Assembly: GCF_036321535.1 (NCBI RefSeq)
Contig: NC_087436.1
Location: 75,146,001-75,210,000, forward strand
Length of the DNA stretch: 64,000 nucleotides
Origin: Camelus dromedarius
Lineage: Eukaryota
Reading direction: 5' to 3'
Part shown: in pieces, positions 35,760 through 48,987 of the stretch
How positions within the stretch are numbered: position 1 is the first letter of the stretch
How the letters are laid out: each line of letters opens with the position of its first letter
Made by a program: the position numbers and the translations under genes
Notes under the pieces: model-generated
What the model was told of the DNA's origin: nothing
Seen by the model: the letters and a program-made list of their open reading frames with translations, nothing else
The model's database searches: none

Positions 35760-36900
35760 GACTATAGGTTCTTTTTCTTGTTTCTTTGTATGTCTCAGAA
35801 TTTTTCATTGACTGCCAGGTATCTTGTGTAGAACAGTTGGGACTGAAATACATAGTATTTAGGCCTGGAAGAGGATATGCCTCCTCTTTTGTCACAGCGT
35901 TGATTCAATCCTGTCAGAGGTTGAGCTGGGTTTGGGGTTGCTGTTGCTATGGTTACCACCACCAGCTTCAAATTTCTGTACTGTTACCTAGTGCTTAGGG
36001 TGGGGGCTAGGTTGCTGGAAGTTTTTTTTCCTCTGTGTTCCTGTTCCATGCTCAGTTTTCTGCCTTGTCTGTGCATCTGTGCCTCATGAGGGGGTCACTC
36101 TCCATGCTCTTGTTCCTCCCCTAGCAGAAGACTGCTGTTGCTTATTACTCAGTGCTCTCAGGCAGGTGATGGGTGAAGGAGGGTTTCTGTTTCCCAGATC
36201 CAGCCTTTGTCTTAAGTAGGCCCAGTGTCACTGGTCCTTGGGGATGCGGTTTTCTCACTATTCCTCTCCCCTTCATGGTATATCTCTCTCGCAGGTCATG
36301 TGCCAGAGTGTCTGGACCCTTCCGTAGCTTTATTTATAGAGGTTACTGTGCCACCTGCCCACCTCAACCCCAACCCCTGCCCCAGGATAGAAGTCTTAGT
36401 GGTTTTTTTCTTCTTTCATTCCCCTACACACAGTGGGTGTTTACCTGTGTCCTAGAAGGTTTTACAGTTATTGGCAGCACCAGTAAGAGATCTCCATGCT
36501 GCACCCTCGAGGGAGGCGTTCTAGTCTCTTGGCCTGCTCCAGTCTTTCCTGGGAGCACTTGGTGGGGAGGGGGTCTGTGAAAAGGGTCCATGCATTGAGT
36601 GTGAACTCCCCTTGTGTCTGGATCTCTCAGGGGTTTTATACTGTCACACTAGCACTAAAAGTTTAGCTGATTTTTTTTTTTCTTACCTGCTTGCCTTCCT
36701 CATTCTCTGCTATGGGTGAGACCATCCCGGCAGGATGCATGTGGAGTGGGGCTGTGGGGAGACTGACTCCTTAGATTTCAGGCCTACTTGGTTGCCCTGC
36801 TATCTCAGCTCTTTTATAGGTTCAGGAAAAGTTGTGCTTTTATCTGACTCTGTCATTATTAATGTTCTTTCCAGCTTTTATTTGGATTATTATTGACTGG
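35760..36900 (-). mobile_element. Old L1 5'-region remnant (L1M-type), probable target of the young L1 insertion
   Basis: TTTTTCTTGTTTCTTTGTATGTCTCAGAATTTTTCATTGACTGCCAGG...GGGTTTGGGGTTGCTGTTGCTATGG resembles old L1 ORF1/5'UTR; family uncertain. Confidence 0.55.
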
Positions 36901-38436
36901 GTTTCATTCTATCAGTTTTTACATTGTAAGTGTAAGCAGAACTTCTGCATTTAGTTTAATGAATAAACCAGCATCAGAGATGTTGGTGAATTTATTTATG
37001 TGATTACACTTAGATATAAGAGTTCGAGACATTTATATTCCATTAAGGGTTATATGCCCTAGGCATTTCCTCCTTAGTTCTCTTTAGTTCAATTTAGTTT
37101 GACTGCGGTTGTGTACTTCCCACCCCTCACCCCAATTCCTCAATGTAAAGGGTTCTTTAGCCTTAAAAGGACTTGGATCTCTGGCGTGACAGATTTTCAA
37201 AGGTCTCATAGTGAGCTTTATTATAGGACTGAATTTTTTCTTATCTTGTTTTATTTGGGTATAACCATAGAATTATTTTTCCTTTCACGCTTTCGAAGTT
37301 AAGAGAGGGGAGGCAGGGAGGAAGTTATTACCTGAATACAGTCTCTTATTACTCATTTAATCTGTGTGGTTTAGTTACCCAGGCAACTGCAGCTAAATTA
37401 TGTTCTCTTTAATTCAGACTGCCAGGTGCTTCTCCCTCACCTTCCCCAAAACCTTTCTAATATGGTTGTTTTATTCCCTGAGATTCATAGTATTTAAGCC
37501 CTCTTGATAGGACTTCACATAATTGCATGAACAATAAAGTGCTTCTGGATGTGATTCTTATGAATAAAAACAGACAATTTTTGGACGGTCATGGAAACAG
37601 GTGGTGGGTTTATAAAATTAATTATTATTGACAGATTTTATTCAATTGCAATTTTTTTTTTAATTTTCGAAAAAAGTGTTTTCCTTAGAGTCCTATTTGC
37701 TCTGTTATAAAGATGTTATACTTAACAGTGTTCTGTTTGTAACTTAACAATATTTTCACTTGAACCATCTCAAATACTTTGTGAAACAAGGTCCAAAGTA
37801 TATATAAGTAAACCACTGTATACCCAAATCAGTCTCTTTATGTAACAGACTTTTGGGGTTTGCAAATATTTATTAATTTAAAAACCATATTTTAACTTCT
37901 GGGAACTTTGTATTATTAATTGCAAATTAAACGGACAGGTTCAGCCATGATTAAAAATTCAGTGGTAAAATCAGCACTTGTGTAAACTAAATCTGTAGGT
38001 AATAACTAGGATATTTATTCATTTGTTTATTTTAGAGAGTTTATCACTAAAACAGGCCGTCTAGGCTCCTTCTTCTATTGGCCTCATTGCTCTTTTACTA
38101 AATGTTAAGTGTGATTTCCAGTTTGGAAGATTTCAGAATTTTGTGGCATACTTCCAAGTACTATTGAGGCATGTTGCATCCATCCACTTAGGCACATACT
38201 AAGACTTGTCATCAGTCCAGTAGGACACCTGTGTCCCATTAAAAATGAGCACTGTCATTATCTGCTATTCTGTTGAATTGCTCATTAGTTGGGAGGATAC
38301 TATTATTAGCGTGGTAATAAGGATTCATTAAAGGCTATAAGTGAGAACGGATTATATGTTGGATTGGTTTTTGAGGCTTTTTTTTTTTAAATCATTTTAC
38401 TCTCATCTATTTCTTTCACATATATTTTATAGGAGC

Positions 38437-38935
38437 CCATATTAATTTTGTGTTGCTGCCGTAACAAATTACCACCAACCTCATGGCTTAAAACAACACA
38501 GGTTTATTATCTTGCAGTTCTGTAGGTCAGAAGTCCAACATGGATCTCAGTGGGCTAAAATCGAGGTGTCATCAGAGCTTTGTTCCTTTCTAGAGGCTGT
38601 AGGAGAGAATCTGTTTCTTTACCATTCCCAGCTTCTAGAGGCTGCCACATTCCTTGGCTCAGTGGCTCCCCCTTCTTCCATCTTCAAAGTGAGGAATGGA
38701 ATATTGAGTCCTATGCTCAAATTTCTCCTGTCTCTTCCCATCTCTGTCAGATGCAGATATGAAAGGGGAAAGTTTTTCTGCTTTCAAGGACTGTGTGATT
38801 AGATTAGGACCACCTGGATAATCCAGGATACTCTCCCCATCTCAGGTTATTTAGTCTTAATAATATCTACATAGTCCTTTTTGCCATGTAGATATGGATG
38901 GACATCTTTGGGAAGCTTTTATTCTGTCTACCAGA
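38437..38935. mobile_element. MLT1 (MaLR) solo LTR
   Basis: TTGCTGCCGTAACAAATTACCAC...GGCTTAAAACAACAC...TTCTGTAGGTCAGAAGTCC...GGATAATCCAGGATA...GGACATCTTTGGG. Confidence 0.88.
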
Positions 38936-39118
38936 GAAGCCAAACATCTCTCTAGAATATTGTTTCTTTGATAAAACAGCTTGTATGGTTATAAGATTAT
39001 AGGTGTGATTTGAATTATTAATACTGAGAAAATATATCACCTCTAGTTCTGTCTTAGCTTCAAACTTCAACCTGCATTTACCTGTTGAACGTATTTTCTT
39101 AGATATTTTGTAAGCATC

Positions 39119-39600
39119 TTGTTAGCGTTTGCTATGTAATAAGCCACCCTACAATTGTTTATCATTGCACACACATATATGGGTGAGCTGTTCTAAGCTA
39201 GGTTTGGGTAGGTGTCTTGGCTGACCTTGGCTGGGCTTGCTGTGCCTCTGTGAGTCTGCAGGTCAGCTGAGAATTGTCTAATCTAGCCTGGGGCTCTGTG
39301 GGGGCAGCTCTGTTTTACGTGCCTCTCATCCTCCCACCTTTGGGCTAGCCTACGCATGTTCTTATGAAAATGGCAGAAATGCAAACATACAAGTAGAAAC
39401 AGATAAAGCCTCTTACGGCCTAAGCTTAGAGCAGAGAAGCTGTCACTTGCTTTATTCTGTTGGCTTACTAGTCACATGACCAAACCAAGGTCCTGGGAAA
39501 TATACTGCACCTTTTTAAGTGGAAGGAACTGCAAAGTCACTTAGTAAAGGGACTTGAATAGAGAGGATAAAAAATTGGGGCCAATTGATGCAACTAAGCC
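39119..39600. mobile_element. Older MLT1-type LTR
   Basis: TTTGCTATGTAATAAGCCACCC...CTTGGCTGGGCT...ATTCTGTTGGC...GGAAGGAACTGCAAAGTCAC. Confidence 0.7.
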
Positions 39601-40074
39601 CACACTCAAACACCACATTGCCCCAAACTCCAGTTCATCTCTGTGACTACCTCCCTAATAAGAAACCCATTTTGCTTTCTTTATTTCTGATTTTAGTTAA
39701 TGATGCTAACTCTATGTCTAGTCACCCAAGTCAGAAACCTACAAAGTATTCTAGAGTCTTCTCTTTACCTTTTCCCTATGTTCAATATTTACCTTGTAAA
39801 ATATTTCTATAATTTCTCCAGCCTATTGCCATCACTGCTTTGGTTCATGCTGTCATACCTCCTTGAGAAGAAAGGGAGGGAGTTATCTCTTAATTGTCTC
39901 TAATCCAGCTTCCTTCATATCCATCCCTTATATTGCACCCAGAATACTCTACTTGAAATACAGATGCCAGTCTTGTTTATTGGCTTCTTATTGCCTCTAG
40001 AGGAGACCCTCTGTGATCTAGATTCTCCAGCCTCATCTTCTGCTGTTTCCCACCTTTTGCTTTACCCTTTAGTT

Positions 40075-40397
40075 CAGGAGTCAGCAAAATATGGCCAGTG
40101 GGCCGAAAAATCAGGCCTGCTGTCTATTTTTGTATGTTTCATGATCTAAGAATGGTTTTTACACTTTTAAGTGATTGGGGGAAAAAACAGTAATTTGTGA
40201 CATATGAAAATTATAAATTATTAAAAATATAAAACTTGTCTTCATAAATAAAGTTTTGTTAGAACACAGGTACAGTGATTCATTTTGTATTGTCTATGGC
40301 TGCTTTCACATTACAATGGTAGAGATGAGTTATTGAGACAAGAGACCATAGAGTATCTGCTATCTGGTCCCTTACAGAAAAAGTTTACCAACTTCTG
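40075..40397. mobile_element. MER58-like hAT-Charlie element
   Basis: TIRs CAGGAGTCAGCAAA ... TTTACCAACTTCTG; degenerate 8-bp TSD CTTTAGTT / CTCTAGTC. Confidence 0.85.
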
Positions 40398-40459
40398 CTC
40401 TAGTCCGCTAGAACTTACAATAGCTCCCCTTGTGTACCATTCTGTTTATCATGCTTCAT

Positions 40460-40940
40460 CATGTGATTTTTAATATATTCACAGTCGTGCAACCATCACC
40501 ACAGTCAATTTTAGAACATTTTCATTATCTTCCCTCAAAACCCCATGCTCATAAGCAGTCACTCCCCATTTCCCTAACCCTCTCCCCCAGCCCTAGACAA
40601 CCACAAACTACTTTCAGTTTCTATTGATATGTCCATTCTTGATACTTCCTGTGTATGGAACCATACAATATGTGGTCTTTTGTGATTGACTTTTTTCACT
40701 TAGCATCACCTTTTCAAGGTTCATGCATATTACAGCATGTATCAGGACTTCATTCCTTTTCATTGGTGATAAATATTCCACTGTATGGATAAGTAACACA
40801 TTTAATATATCCATTCATCAGTTGATGGACATCTGGGTTGTTTTACCTTTTGGCTATTTTGAGTTAATACTGCTGTGAACATTTGTGTGCAAGTTTTGGT
40901 ATGGTCATATATTTTCATTTGTCTTGGGTACATATCTAGG
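40460..40940 (-). mobile_element. L1MB-like 3' fragment
   Basis: - strand ORF ...MKRNEVLIHAVICMNLEKVMLSEKSQSQK is the L1 ORF2 C-terminus. Confidence 0.85.
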
Positions 40941-41330
40941 CTTATTCTTCCTTATCCTTCAAAAACTGACTTTGGGGTCATCTCTTTCAGAACCCTTTCC
41001 TGGCCTCCTAGGATGGATTAAATGTCTTTTCCCTATGGTTCTGATAACAGTCTCATAGTACTTACCACATTATATTGAAATTATCTATTTACATGTCTCT
41101 TTTCTCTAAGTTTTTGGAGAGCACTGCCTTATCCAACTTTGTATCAACTGCAAACAGTACAAGAGTTCACTTAATATTTGTTGAACTAGGAAAACTGTAA
41201 AGTAATCAATGCTTTTAAATTAAACTTTATCTTTTGTCATTTTTTTCTGATGTGCAGTGCCTTTTGTTTTTTTTTAAGTCTCTTGGACTACATATTGAGA
41301 TAACTGATCTTGGACTTACCTTTCCTTAAG

Positions 41331-41589
41331 GCCTGCAAAGAAAACAAAAAAAGGTGCCAAAGAAAAAGCATCAGATGAGAAAAAGGATGAGACAGAAAAA
41401 ATAAAGTCATATCCCTTTATGGAAGGTGAACCTGAAGATGATGTCTACCTGAAACGCTTATACCCAAGGCAGATATACGAGGTGGAGAAAGCTATTCATT
41501 TACTTAAGAAATTTCAGGTTCTGGACTTTACTAATCCAAAGCAAGGCATTTATCTTGATTTGACACTGGATATGGCATTGGGGAAAAAG
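41331..41589 (+). CDS. MRPL1: MRPL1 coding exon 3
   Basis: Acceptor cctttccttaAG, donor AAG|GTATGT; 259 nt; [47 protein letters not shown]...LDMALGKK. Confidence 0.97.
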
Positions 41590-42295
41590 GTATGTAGACT
41601 TGATTAAAATAAATTCATCTGTGAATGGTTAAATGAATTGCTGTTTCTTAATTTTAAAAATTCTTGTCTCCCGTAATAATTTTTAGGAAATCTTATGCTC
41701 TTTTTGTACTTTAGGATGAAAAATATGTTTTTCTGTCTTTCAATTTTCCAAATATGAAATAAAATGTTGAAAATATTCTGCAGAACTGATGAACATACAA
41801 TGCCTGAATCTTCTATTCACCTGAAAAATCACTGGTACAAATTTTAACAAAAGTAGTGTTAAAATTAATTGGAATATTACTGTAACTTTGTAAAATGACT
41901 TAAGCTGCCTTGGTGTGATGTTCCTACTCTGTAAATGAAGGCTTTGGATTGGGTCAGTGGCCTTCAGATATGTTCCTTAGAATCCTGAGTTGAGACTAAG
42001 TTTGTATGGGTTGGTTGCAAAGCCCTTTACTCTCGTTTCAACCAGAACTCTTCTGTTTTGTCTGTTTATGTATTGCAGTTTCATGGAAGACTTGTTTATA
42101 AAGCTCTAAAAGTAGGAGAAACACTAAATTAGAACTGAGGTCCATTATGCTAAATTTTGTAAGCTGCTCACTTAAATCTAATTTTCTTGGTGATGATATT
42201 TTAATTTTTATTCTGAGGGTATCTTTTTTGGGGTTAAACTAGAAGGTGTATGTTTTTGAATACAGTTTAACAACCTCAGTGGCAACAGTAATTGA

Positions 42296-42439
42296 TTTTT
42301 TATGTTTTATTTTTTCATTTTGTGGGGGAAGTTAGTTAGGTGTTTTTTGTTTTTTTTTTAACTATTATACTGGGGATTGAACCCAGGACCTCCTGCGTGC
42401 TAAGCACGTGTGTTACCACTGAGCTATACCCTCCCCTCC
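42296..42439 (-). mobile_element. tRNA-Ala-derived SINE (Vic-1-like, camelid)
   Basis: - strand GGGGAGGGTATAGCTCAGTGGTA...GCTTAGCA...GGTTCAATCCCCAG plus tail ...ACCTAACTAACTTCCCCC...A-rich. TSD AACAGTAATTGA (42284-42295) vs AACACTAATTGA (42442-42453). Confidence 0.87.
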
Positions 42440-42465
42440 GTAACACTAATTGAGCACAGGAGGAG

Positions 42466-42870
42466 GCAGTACCGCACAGTGCTTAAGAGCATAGGCTTTG
42501 GAGTCAGGTTACAGTACAGGCTGGAATCCTGGCATCACCGTTTACTTGCTCTTTGACTTTGAGCTTCTGATTTAACCTCTCCAAACCTCAGTTTTTTCAC
42601 CTCTTTACTTATAAAGGGAGTTAAAAATGCTTATTAGTTTATATGATTATATTCAGGATTAAATGAGATAACAGTAAAGGATTTGGTGTTAAATAATAAC
42701 AGATAACATTTACTGGAAACTTCTGTTTATCAGCCGCAATGCTACATGCTTTGGATTCATTTTCTCATTTAATCCTGTAATAATCTCAAGAGGAAGCTGA
42801 GACACAGAAAATGAAGTAACTTGCTCAAGAACAGTGGGGGTAGAGTTAGGATTTGAACCAAGGTCTGTCT
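42466..42870. mobile_element. Two MIRs in opposite orientation (+ 42466-42690; - 42700-42870)
   Basis: TTAAGAGCATAGGCTTTGGAGTCAG...CCTCAGTTTT on +; GAAGCTGAGACACAGAAAATGAAGTAACTTGCTCAAG...GATTTGAACC on -. Confidence 0.75.
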
Positions 42871-44180
42871 CATTTCTTAGTTCTTATTTATTAGAAATAG
42901 TTTATATTAGCTCTATTATAATTTTATTTTATACCATAATGTTACTATTAGTTCTTTTATTTTAAAATGTAGTGTCCGAGATGAACACTTTCTCAGTTAA
43001 CCAGCTGTAGGGTTCATTTCAGAAATGGAAGCCACTTGTAAACTAATGGCATTGCAAAGGTTCTGTTGTCTTCCTAAGACATTTTTTGTTCTTGATAGAG
43101 TGCTTGTAAAACAAGCCATTATTCCCCTGGGGGATGCTATTGTTGTGATTGCTTGCCATTGGAAAATTTACTGAAGCTAGTTGTGACATGTTAATGGCAA
43201 AGGAATGCCAGTCAATAAAACTGAGTTGCACGTCTGATATAAACTGTGCTTAAGAGTTAGTGCCTTTTTGTCTGAAAAGAAATCCTTACAGGGTTGTCTC
43301 CACTCAAAATAAAGATTTTCTAAAAATATAATCTTTCAATCAGTTTTAATTAGGGAATAATTCCTTTTCTCTTTCTTCCAGATCTTAAGGCTGCACCAAA
43401 ACTATGGGCCTAGAATTTGTTTTCCTGTAAAGTCTCCCTAAGAGCTCTGAGGCACAGGCCTAGACAGGTCCTTGACCAAATGACTGAACAAATTAGTTCT
43501 GAGGCCCTGTAGAAACTCTGCCTGTATTAGGGTGCCTCAAGTATGTGCCATTGTTTATTTGGGACTTACAGATATCTGAAAGTAGTGGGTGGTGCAGGTT
43601 GTTTTAAAATAGACTACTTGGAAGAGCCTTTCTGGCTTGGCAAACTGTCTTGAATTTCTGGTTAATATGATCTGATTTATCTGATTGTTAAAGCCAATGA
43701 TGGAGATCCGGGTGACCTACTGAGCAGATCCGCTGGATATTGTTCAGTATTCATAGCTCTATTCGTATCCTCCTTGATGGTGTGAAGAAATTACATGTTC
43801 TTTTGAATTTAGTTCTAGGTAGCAAACATTTATTGACATCTGTCATGTGGAAAGCATTGTATTGGGTGCTGGGGAAGATAGGGGTATGCAAACACATCTC
43901 TTAACATAAGAGAGACGGTGATGAATGATGTAGAGATAGAAGCCAAGGGCCATGGGACTGTGGAGCTGAGAAGAGAGATTTAGATTTTTATTATGGTTTC
44001 TTATAAAAGAAATATAATCTCTTATGCCTTAAATTGTAATCAGTGAATAGTTCTGGATTCATGAGAGGATGTATGGTAGAATGAAAACATTAAAAACAAA
44101 GCATGTCAGTTTTATATAGATGTGAGAGATACAGAAAAGATGAATTTTTCATAATTGTTTTTCCATTGTTGTGTATTTAG

Positions 44181-44264
44181 AAAAAAGTGGAGCCATTTGC
44201 CAGTGTTCTTAGTTTTCCATACCCATTCATTTCAGAAATCAATAAAGTTGCTGTATTTACAGGG
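44181..44264 (+). CDS. MRPL1: MRPL1 coding exon 4
   Basis: Acceptor gtgtatttAG, donor GGG|GTGAGT; 84 nt; [28 protein letters not shown]. Confidence 0.96.
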
Positions 44265-45058
44265 GTGAGTAACTGATGTAAACTTTTTATATCATTAATT
44301 TTTTTTTACATATGACATTAATCAATGATTAGAATAACTGAATGAGTAAAGTTAGAGAAAACCCTAGCATTCCCCTAGTCTTACGTTCTCCATGTGAAGC
44401 TCAAAGCTATATGATGACTTATTTGAGTTTATGTCGTTAGTTTGAGAGAGAGCTCAGTCACAACATTAACTTCGTCATTATTCATCTACCACATTATGTT
44501 TCTTAGAAACTGAAGAGAAATATAGGATTTATCCTACTAGCTGCTCATACTCTTCTCTTCAAACAACAATAATAAAATTAATTTAAAAGCAGTGGGCCAA
44601 CTTAGTGCTGTGAAGACACAGAAACCACACTTTTAAAAATGTCTAGTCTGGAAAGTCAGGAAAGTCCAGGCTATAACAAATATAGTTTCAGCTCTTTGTC
44701 ATTTGTTTTGTCTTAAACATTTGTTTACAACGTGTTTATGGTTTGTTTTTTGAAGTTTCTGACTATTCTTCATCCACCTCACTTTTAATGAAGAGATTCA
44801 TTTTTCCAGGAAAAGTAGAGAATATAGCTCTTGAGATGCCACACAGAACTTGAGTAACTAAGGGAGTGATATATTTTCACAGTAAAACCAAATGGCATAA
44901 ATGGAACATACAGAAAAAACACTAATACCGTGTATTTTTTTTTGAATTTTCAGATAACAAGCTAAATTTTGTTTCTGTCATTTCTTAAAAATTTTTACTC
45001 TTCTATATTGGTTTGATAAAATGTCTTCATTTAAATTAGCAAAACTAAATATTTTTAT

Positions 45059-45221
45059 AGCACTAGGAACTGTATCCAGTTTCTTTTAATGAGCTGTAAT
45101 GGAAAAGAAACTGAAAAATATATGTGTATGTATGTGTATGTGTAACTGAATAGCTTTGCTGTACATCTGAAACTAATGTTTGTAAATTGACTGCACTTCG
45201 ATAAGAAATAAGAAAAAAAAA
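45059..45221 (+). mobile_element. Short L1 3' end with A tail and degenerate TSD
   Basis: AGCACTAGGAACT...TAACTGAATAGCTTTGCTGTACATCTGAAACTAA...A-rich tail; flanks CAAAACTAAATAT / CAAAACCTAAATAT. Confidence 0.8.
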
Positions 45222-45550
45222 CAAAACCTAAATATATTTTAATTTTTTACTTTTGCAATATGATACATTGATGGCATTGGAGACTTAAATTGAACTATTT
45301 GGTGTGTTCCTAATATGCCATTTTGATGTATTTCCTCATATGTTAGTTAAGAAACACCTTAGTCACTTATAAACTAAACTTGTTCTGGTTGTAATATCTC
45401 TGATGCATCTGGTTGAAAATTGATGCATTTTTTATTTAAAAGTAAAAAACATGGTTTTTACTTTGAACTGTCGTGTTATTTGTGACAAAATGCTTGAAAG
45501 CAGACAGAATTTGTTTAAGGATTGATGTTCAAAATATTGTATTTTGGTAG

Positions 45551-45622
45551 AATGCATCAGAGATTAAAATAGCAGAAGAAAATGGAGCTGCGTTTGCAGG
45601 AGGAACTAATCTGATTCAGAAG
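45551..45622 (+). CDS. MRPL1: MRPL1 coding exon 5
   Basis: Acceptor attttggtAG, donor AAG|GTACAG; 72 nt; [24 protein letters not shown] (ribosomal protein L1 domain). Confidence 0.96.
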
Positions 45623-47679
45623 GTACAGTGTTGTTTTTGTGTTCATTAGTTACAGAAATTGTTCCATTATCTTTGTCATCCATTGATTTATTACATGTGG
45701 GACATAACCACTGTGCTCATATCTTTTGATAAATGGTTAGGTAGAGCTTTACAAAACGGGAAAATTTTCCTACTCTTTTGAGTCTCAAAATCAAGCTAAG
45801 AAAAAACTATCCAGACAGTCTGACGTTAAGTATGCTTGATTTATACTGTGATTTTTTTTCCCCCTTGCTTCCTATATGTTTCCTAGAGTTTTGTGGGTAG
45901 GCTGGAAAGGGAAATATGACTCTGTGGTTTTGAATGTGAGATTTAAGATGAAATCCAAAAGGTAGCACATGTGGATATCTTTATTCATAGTTTGAAGATC
46001 AAATACTAATTTTGATTTCTGGGAGTGAAAAGTGTGATTTGCTTTAGTCACAAAGGATAGTATCTGACCTCTATAATATGTTTTTTTTGGTTATTCTTAA
46101 CTTTATCACCCGCACCCCCAGCCCCATTGGTTCAAGTGGTGTAGGCTCAGCATGGAGGCAAAAAATGATCATATACCCTGTCTTGAGAAAATAGGAGAGA
46201 ATTTGTGGAGCCTGTTTGCAACAAAGACAGCGCTTTTTTTTTTTTTAAGAGGTGGGAAGAAGAGGCACATCTGTTGAACTTTGAGAGTTATTCTGAAAAT
46301 ACAAAAGATTTTCCTTAACATTCTAATCTTTTCTTCTAAATTTAATCATTTAGACTCTGTAATACTTTTCTTTTTTGTTTTTAGAACAGGAGAAAGTGAC
46401 TTGAAAATTTATCTTTTGTCCCATATTCAGATTTTGATTTGGGGGAAGTTTTAACTGGACCCTTCTTTTGGGATGCACATCAGTGCTTGTAGTTTGTTTT
46501 TTTCTATCCAAGTAGTAGTCTAAATTTGGTGTGAATTCTGGATTTTTAAGGAGAATCTCCAGAATTATTTTTGGGAGCAGAACTAATGGAAAATATGAAG
46601 AGATTATGCTTTCATACAGATTCTAGGTGAAAGTCACAGGGTGGTACCCAATACTTTCTGGCGTATCATACATTTTAATTTAATAAGATTATTAAAATTC
46701 TTTAAATTATTAAAAAAATAAACAAAATCACAGATTCTTTGGAATTTGAGAGTGGAGCTTGATCTTTGAAATCAGAGAACTAGCCATTCTTATTAAACTT
46801 GTATGCTGCTTTCCATCTGTTTTTTCCCGCAAGCCTAAGAGTATCATGTAGAACTGTCATAGCAACAGTAGAGTTTGAATAGATACCTCCACTCCTTAAA
46901 TGCTCAGTAAGAAGTTACTTCTCAAGAAAGAAATGGTAAAGGAGCAGAAAGTGTTCTGCAGCATTAAATCCATTAAACAAAAACATATTTGAGAAAGTAA
47001 CCCAAATAAGGAAACCAAGTATATTTTGAATTATTTGGTAAGTAAAATATTACAGGAACAGAATTTCTCTTTAGATGCCCAAATGTTAATCTATTATTAG
47101 AGGGAAAAATACCACCTTTATAAGGCATCAAAACCAGTATATTCTTGCAGATTATCCCCTGGTATCTTAAAATTCATCCATTTTGTGTTTAAAAGGTATT
47201 CAGGTTGTGAAGTAAATTCAGTACAGTTTTGTAAATAGTATCATGGCTGCAATTTTTTAAAACATATTTCTGTATTTTTAATTAGTTTAAATACTTAGTT
47301 TTTAGATTTTACTTAGTGCTTATAGTAGGTAAACGTAGGATGAATTTACTGAACTTTTAGCCATTTCTTAGGTAAGACTTTTATTTACTAAATTCATTTT
47401 GCTTTGATTACAATACTTGTGAAATATCAGAAGTATGCTTGGTTCTGAGGGATTTTAAAATAGTTTCATTTTTACTTGTCTCTCTAAAGCATGATTTCCA
47501 TCTATGTAGTTTTGTATTCTGTGATAATAGTCTTAAGGCTAACTATAGCATAACTTTCAAACATAATTTTTAATTTAGTTCAAAGGAACATGTTTTAGAA
47601 TCAGCATTGGAAGATCTTAGAGTAGAAATTTCACGTACAGTTCTTTGTCATTTCAGAATTGCCTCTGCTTTCGTATTTT

Positions 47680-47920
47680 TAGTGATGAGAGCCCTGGTTC
47701 TGAAACCATACTGCCTGTATTTGAATTCTGGGTCTGCCTCTTAAAAGTGCACAGACTGACTCATCTTCCCCAAGTCCTCAATTTCCTCATCTGGCACATG
47801 TGATCAATATTAGTACTGTTCCCTCCTTTGGTTATTGTGAAGACTTGATGAACTAAACTATGTAACGTATTTAGCAGAATCCTTGGCATGTGATTAGTGC
47901 TTGTTTAATGTAAGTTATTG
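47680..47920 (+). mobile_element. MIR SINE
   Basis: CTGCCTGTATTTGAATTCTGG...CCTCAATTTCCTCATCTG. Confidence 0.75.
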
Positions 47921-48875
47921 TTCAAGGGAGTGCAGTATGTTATTTAGGGAGTAAAGAACTTGTAAAAAGAGAATAGTAACAGGAAAATAAAATTCCACAA
48001 TCACTGCTTAATTTTGCCAGAGTTCAAGTTTTTAGCGTTCATTGTGTAACCCCAAACCAAGACTCTGGATGACATATTGTGGTAAGATTTTATGCAAAAA
48101 GAGTCCTTGCTAAATATTTGTTGCTAGGTGATATTGTTCTAAAAAGTTGCTTCATTTTATAATGAACTAAATTTTTAAATGGAGTGTGCTGTAGTAGTAC
48201 AATAATTATTTGGGGTGCCTGAATTAATTTAAAATGTCTTTTAAGAATTGAAGTTATTCTCTTTGCTTTTAAAATGAAATTAGAGTATGGGTAATAAAAT
48301 ATAAGTAAGCTTGTCTTTGACCATCCCACTCTTACTTAATTTTTAGTTATTAGAGGCAAAGAGAATTTTAGTTTCAGTTCTTTGTGAAAATAATTATAGA
48401 TTCAGTTCTCTTGATGATCTATATTTAGGAAGGCGGTGTATTTGCTAGTGGTTTGACAGCTAGTGTTATTAATTTTATGTGTGATCCATTGCAAAATTTT
48501 CAGTGTGTTCCTTCAGTCTTAATGGACATACGAATTCAACTTTGTGGGATTGTATGAGCCATATATATATCAGTGCTATGTTTTAGCTTGTAGCACTTTT
48601 GCCTAACATAACCTTATGGAAGAATTAAACTTAATAAATGCTTTTTTTTAAATGAATGTGGCTATATTTAAAGGAAAACGTCAGAAAATGTTTTGCTGCT
48701 TCTGATGGTTTTCATAATTGGCAGATGCGTTCATATGAACCATGTGTGTGAAGAAAAAATTGTGCTTAATATCTATTTTCTAAATTATAAGGGAAATTAC
48801 TATATTATACTTTATTTTCAGAAGGATGAAGATTTTTATATAATCTAAGATTATCTTTTTTCCCCCGATTTTCAG

Positions 48876-48987
48876 ATTTTAGATGACGAAATTCAACCAG
48901 ACTTTTATGTAGCTGTTCCAGAAATAATGCCTGAGCTTAATCCATTAAAGAAGAAACTGAAAAAAAGATTTCCTAAGTTTACTCGAA
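48876..48987 (+). CDS. MRPL1: MRPL1 coding exon 6
   Basis: Acceptor ttttttcccccgattttcAG, donor AA|GTAAGG; 112 nt; [37 protein letters not shown] plus 1 nt. Confidence 0.96.

Noticed and set aside
42466..42870. Inverted MIR pair as a dsRNA or A-to-I editing substrate
   Set aside because: The two copies look too diverged to form a long stable duplex.
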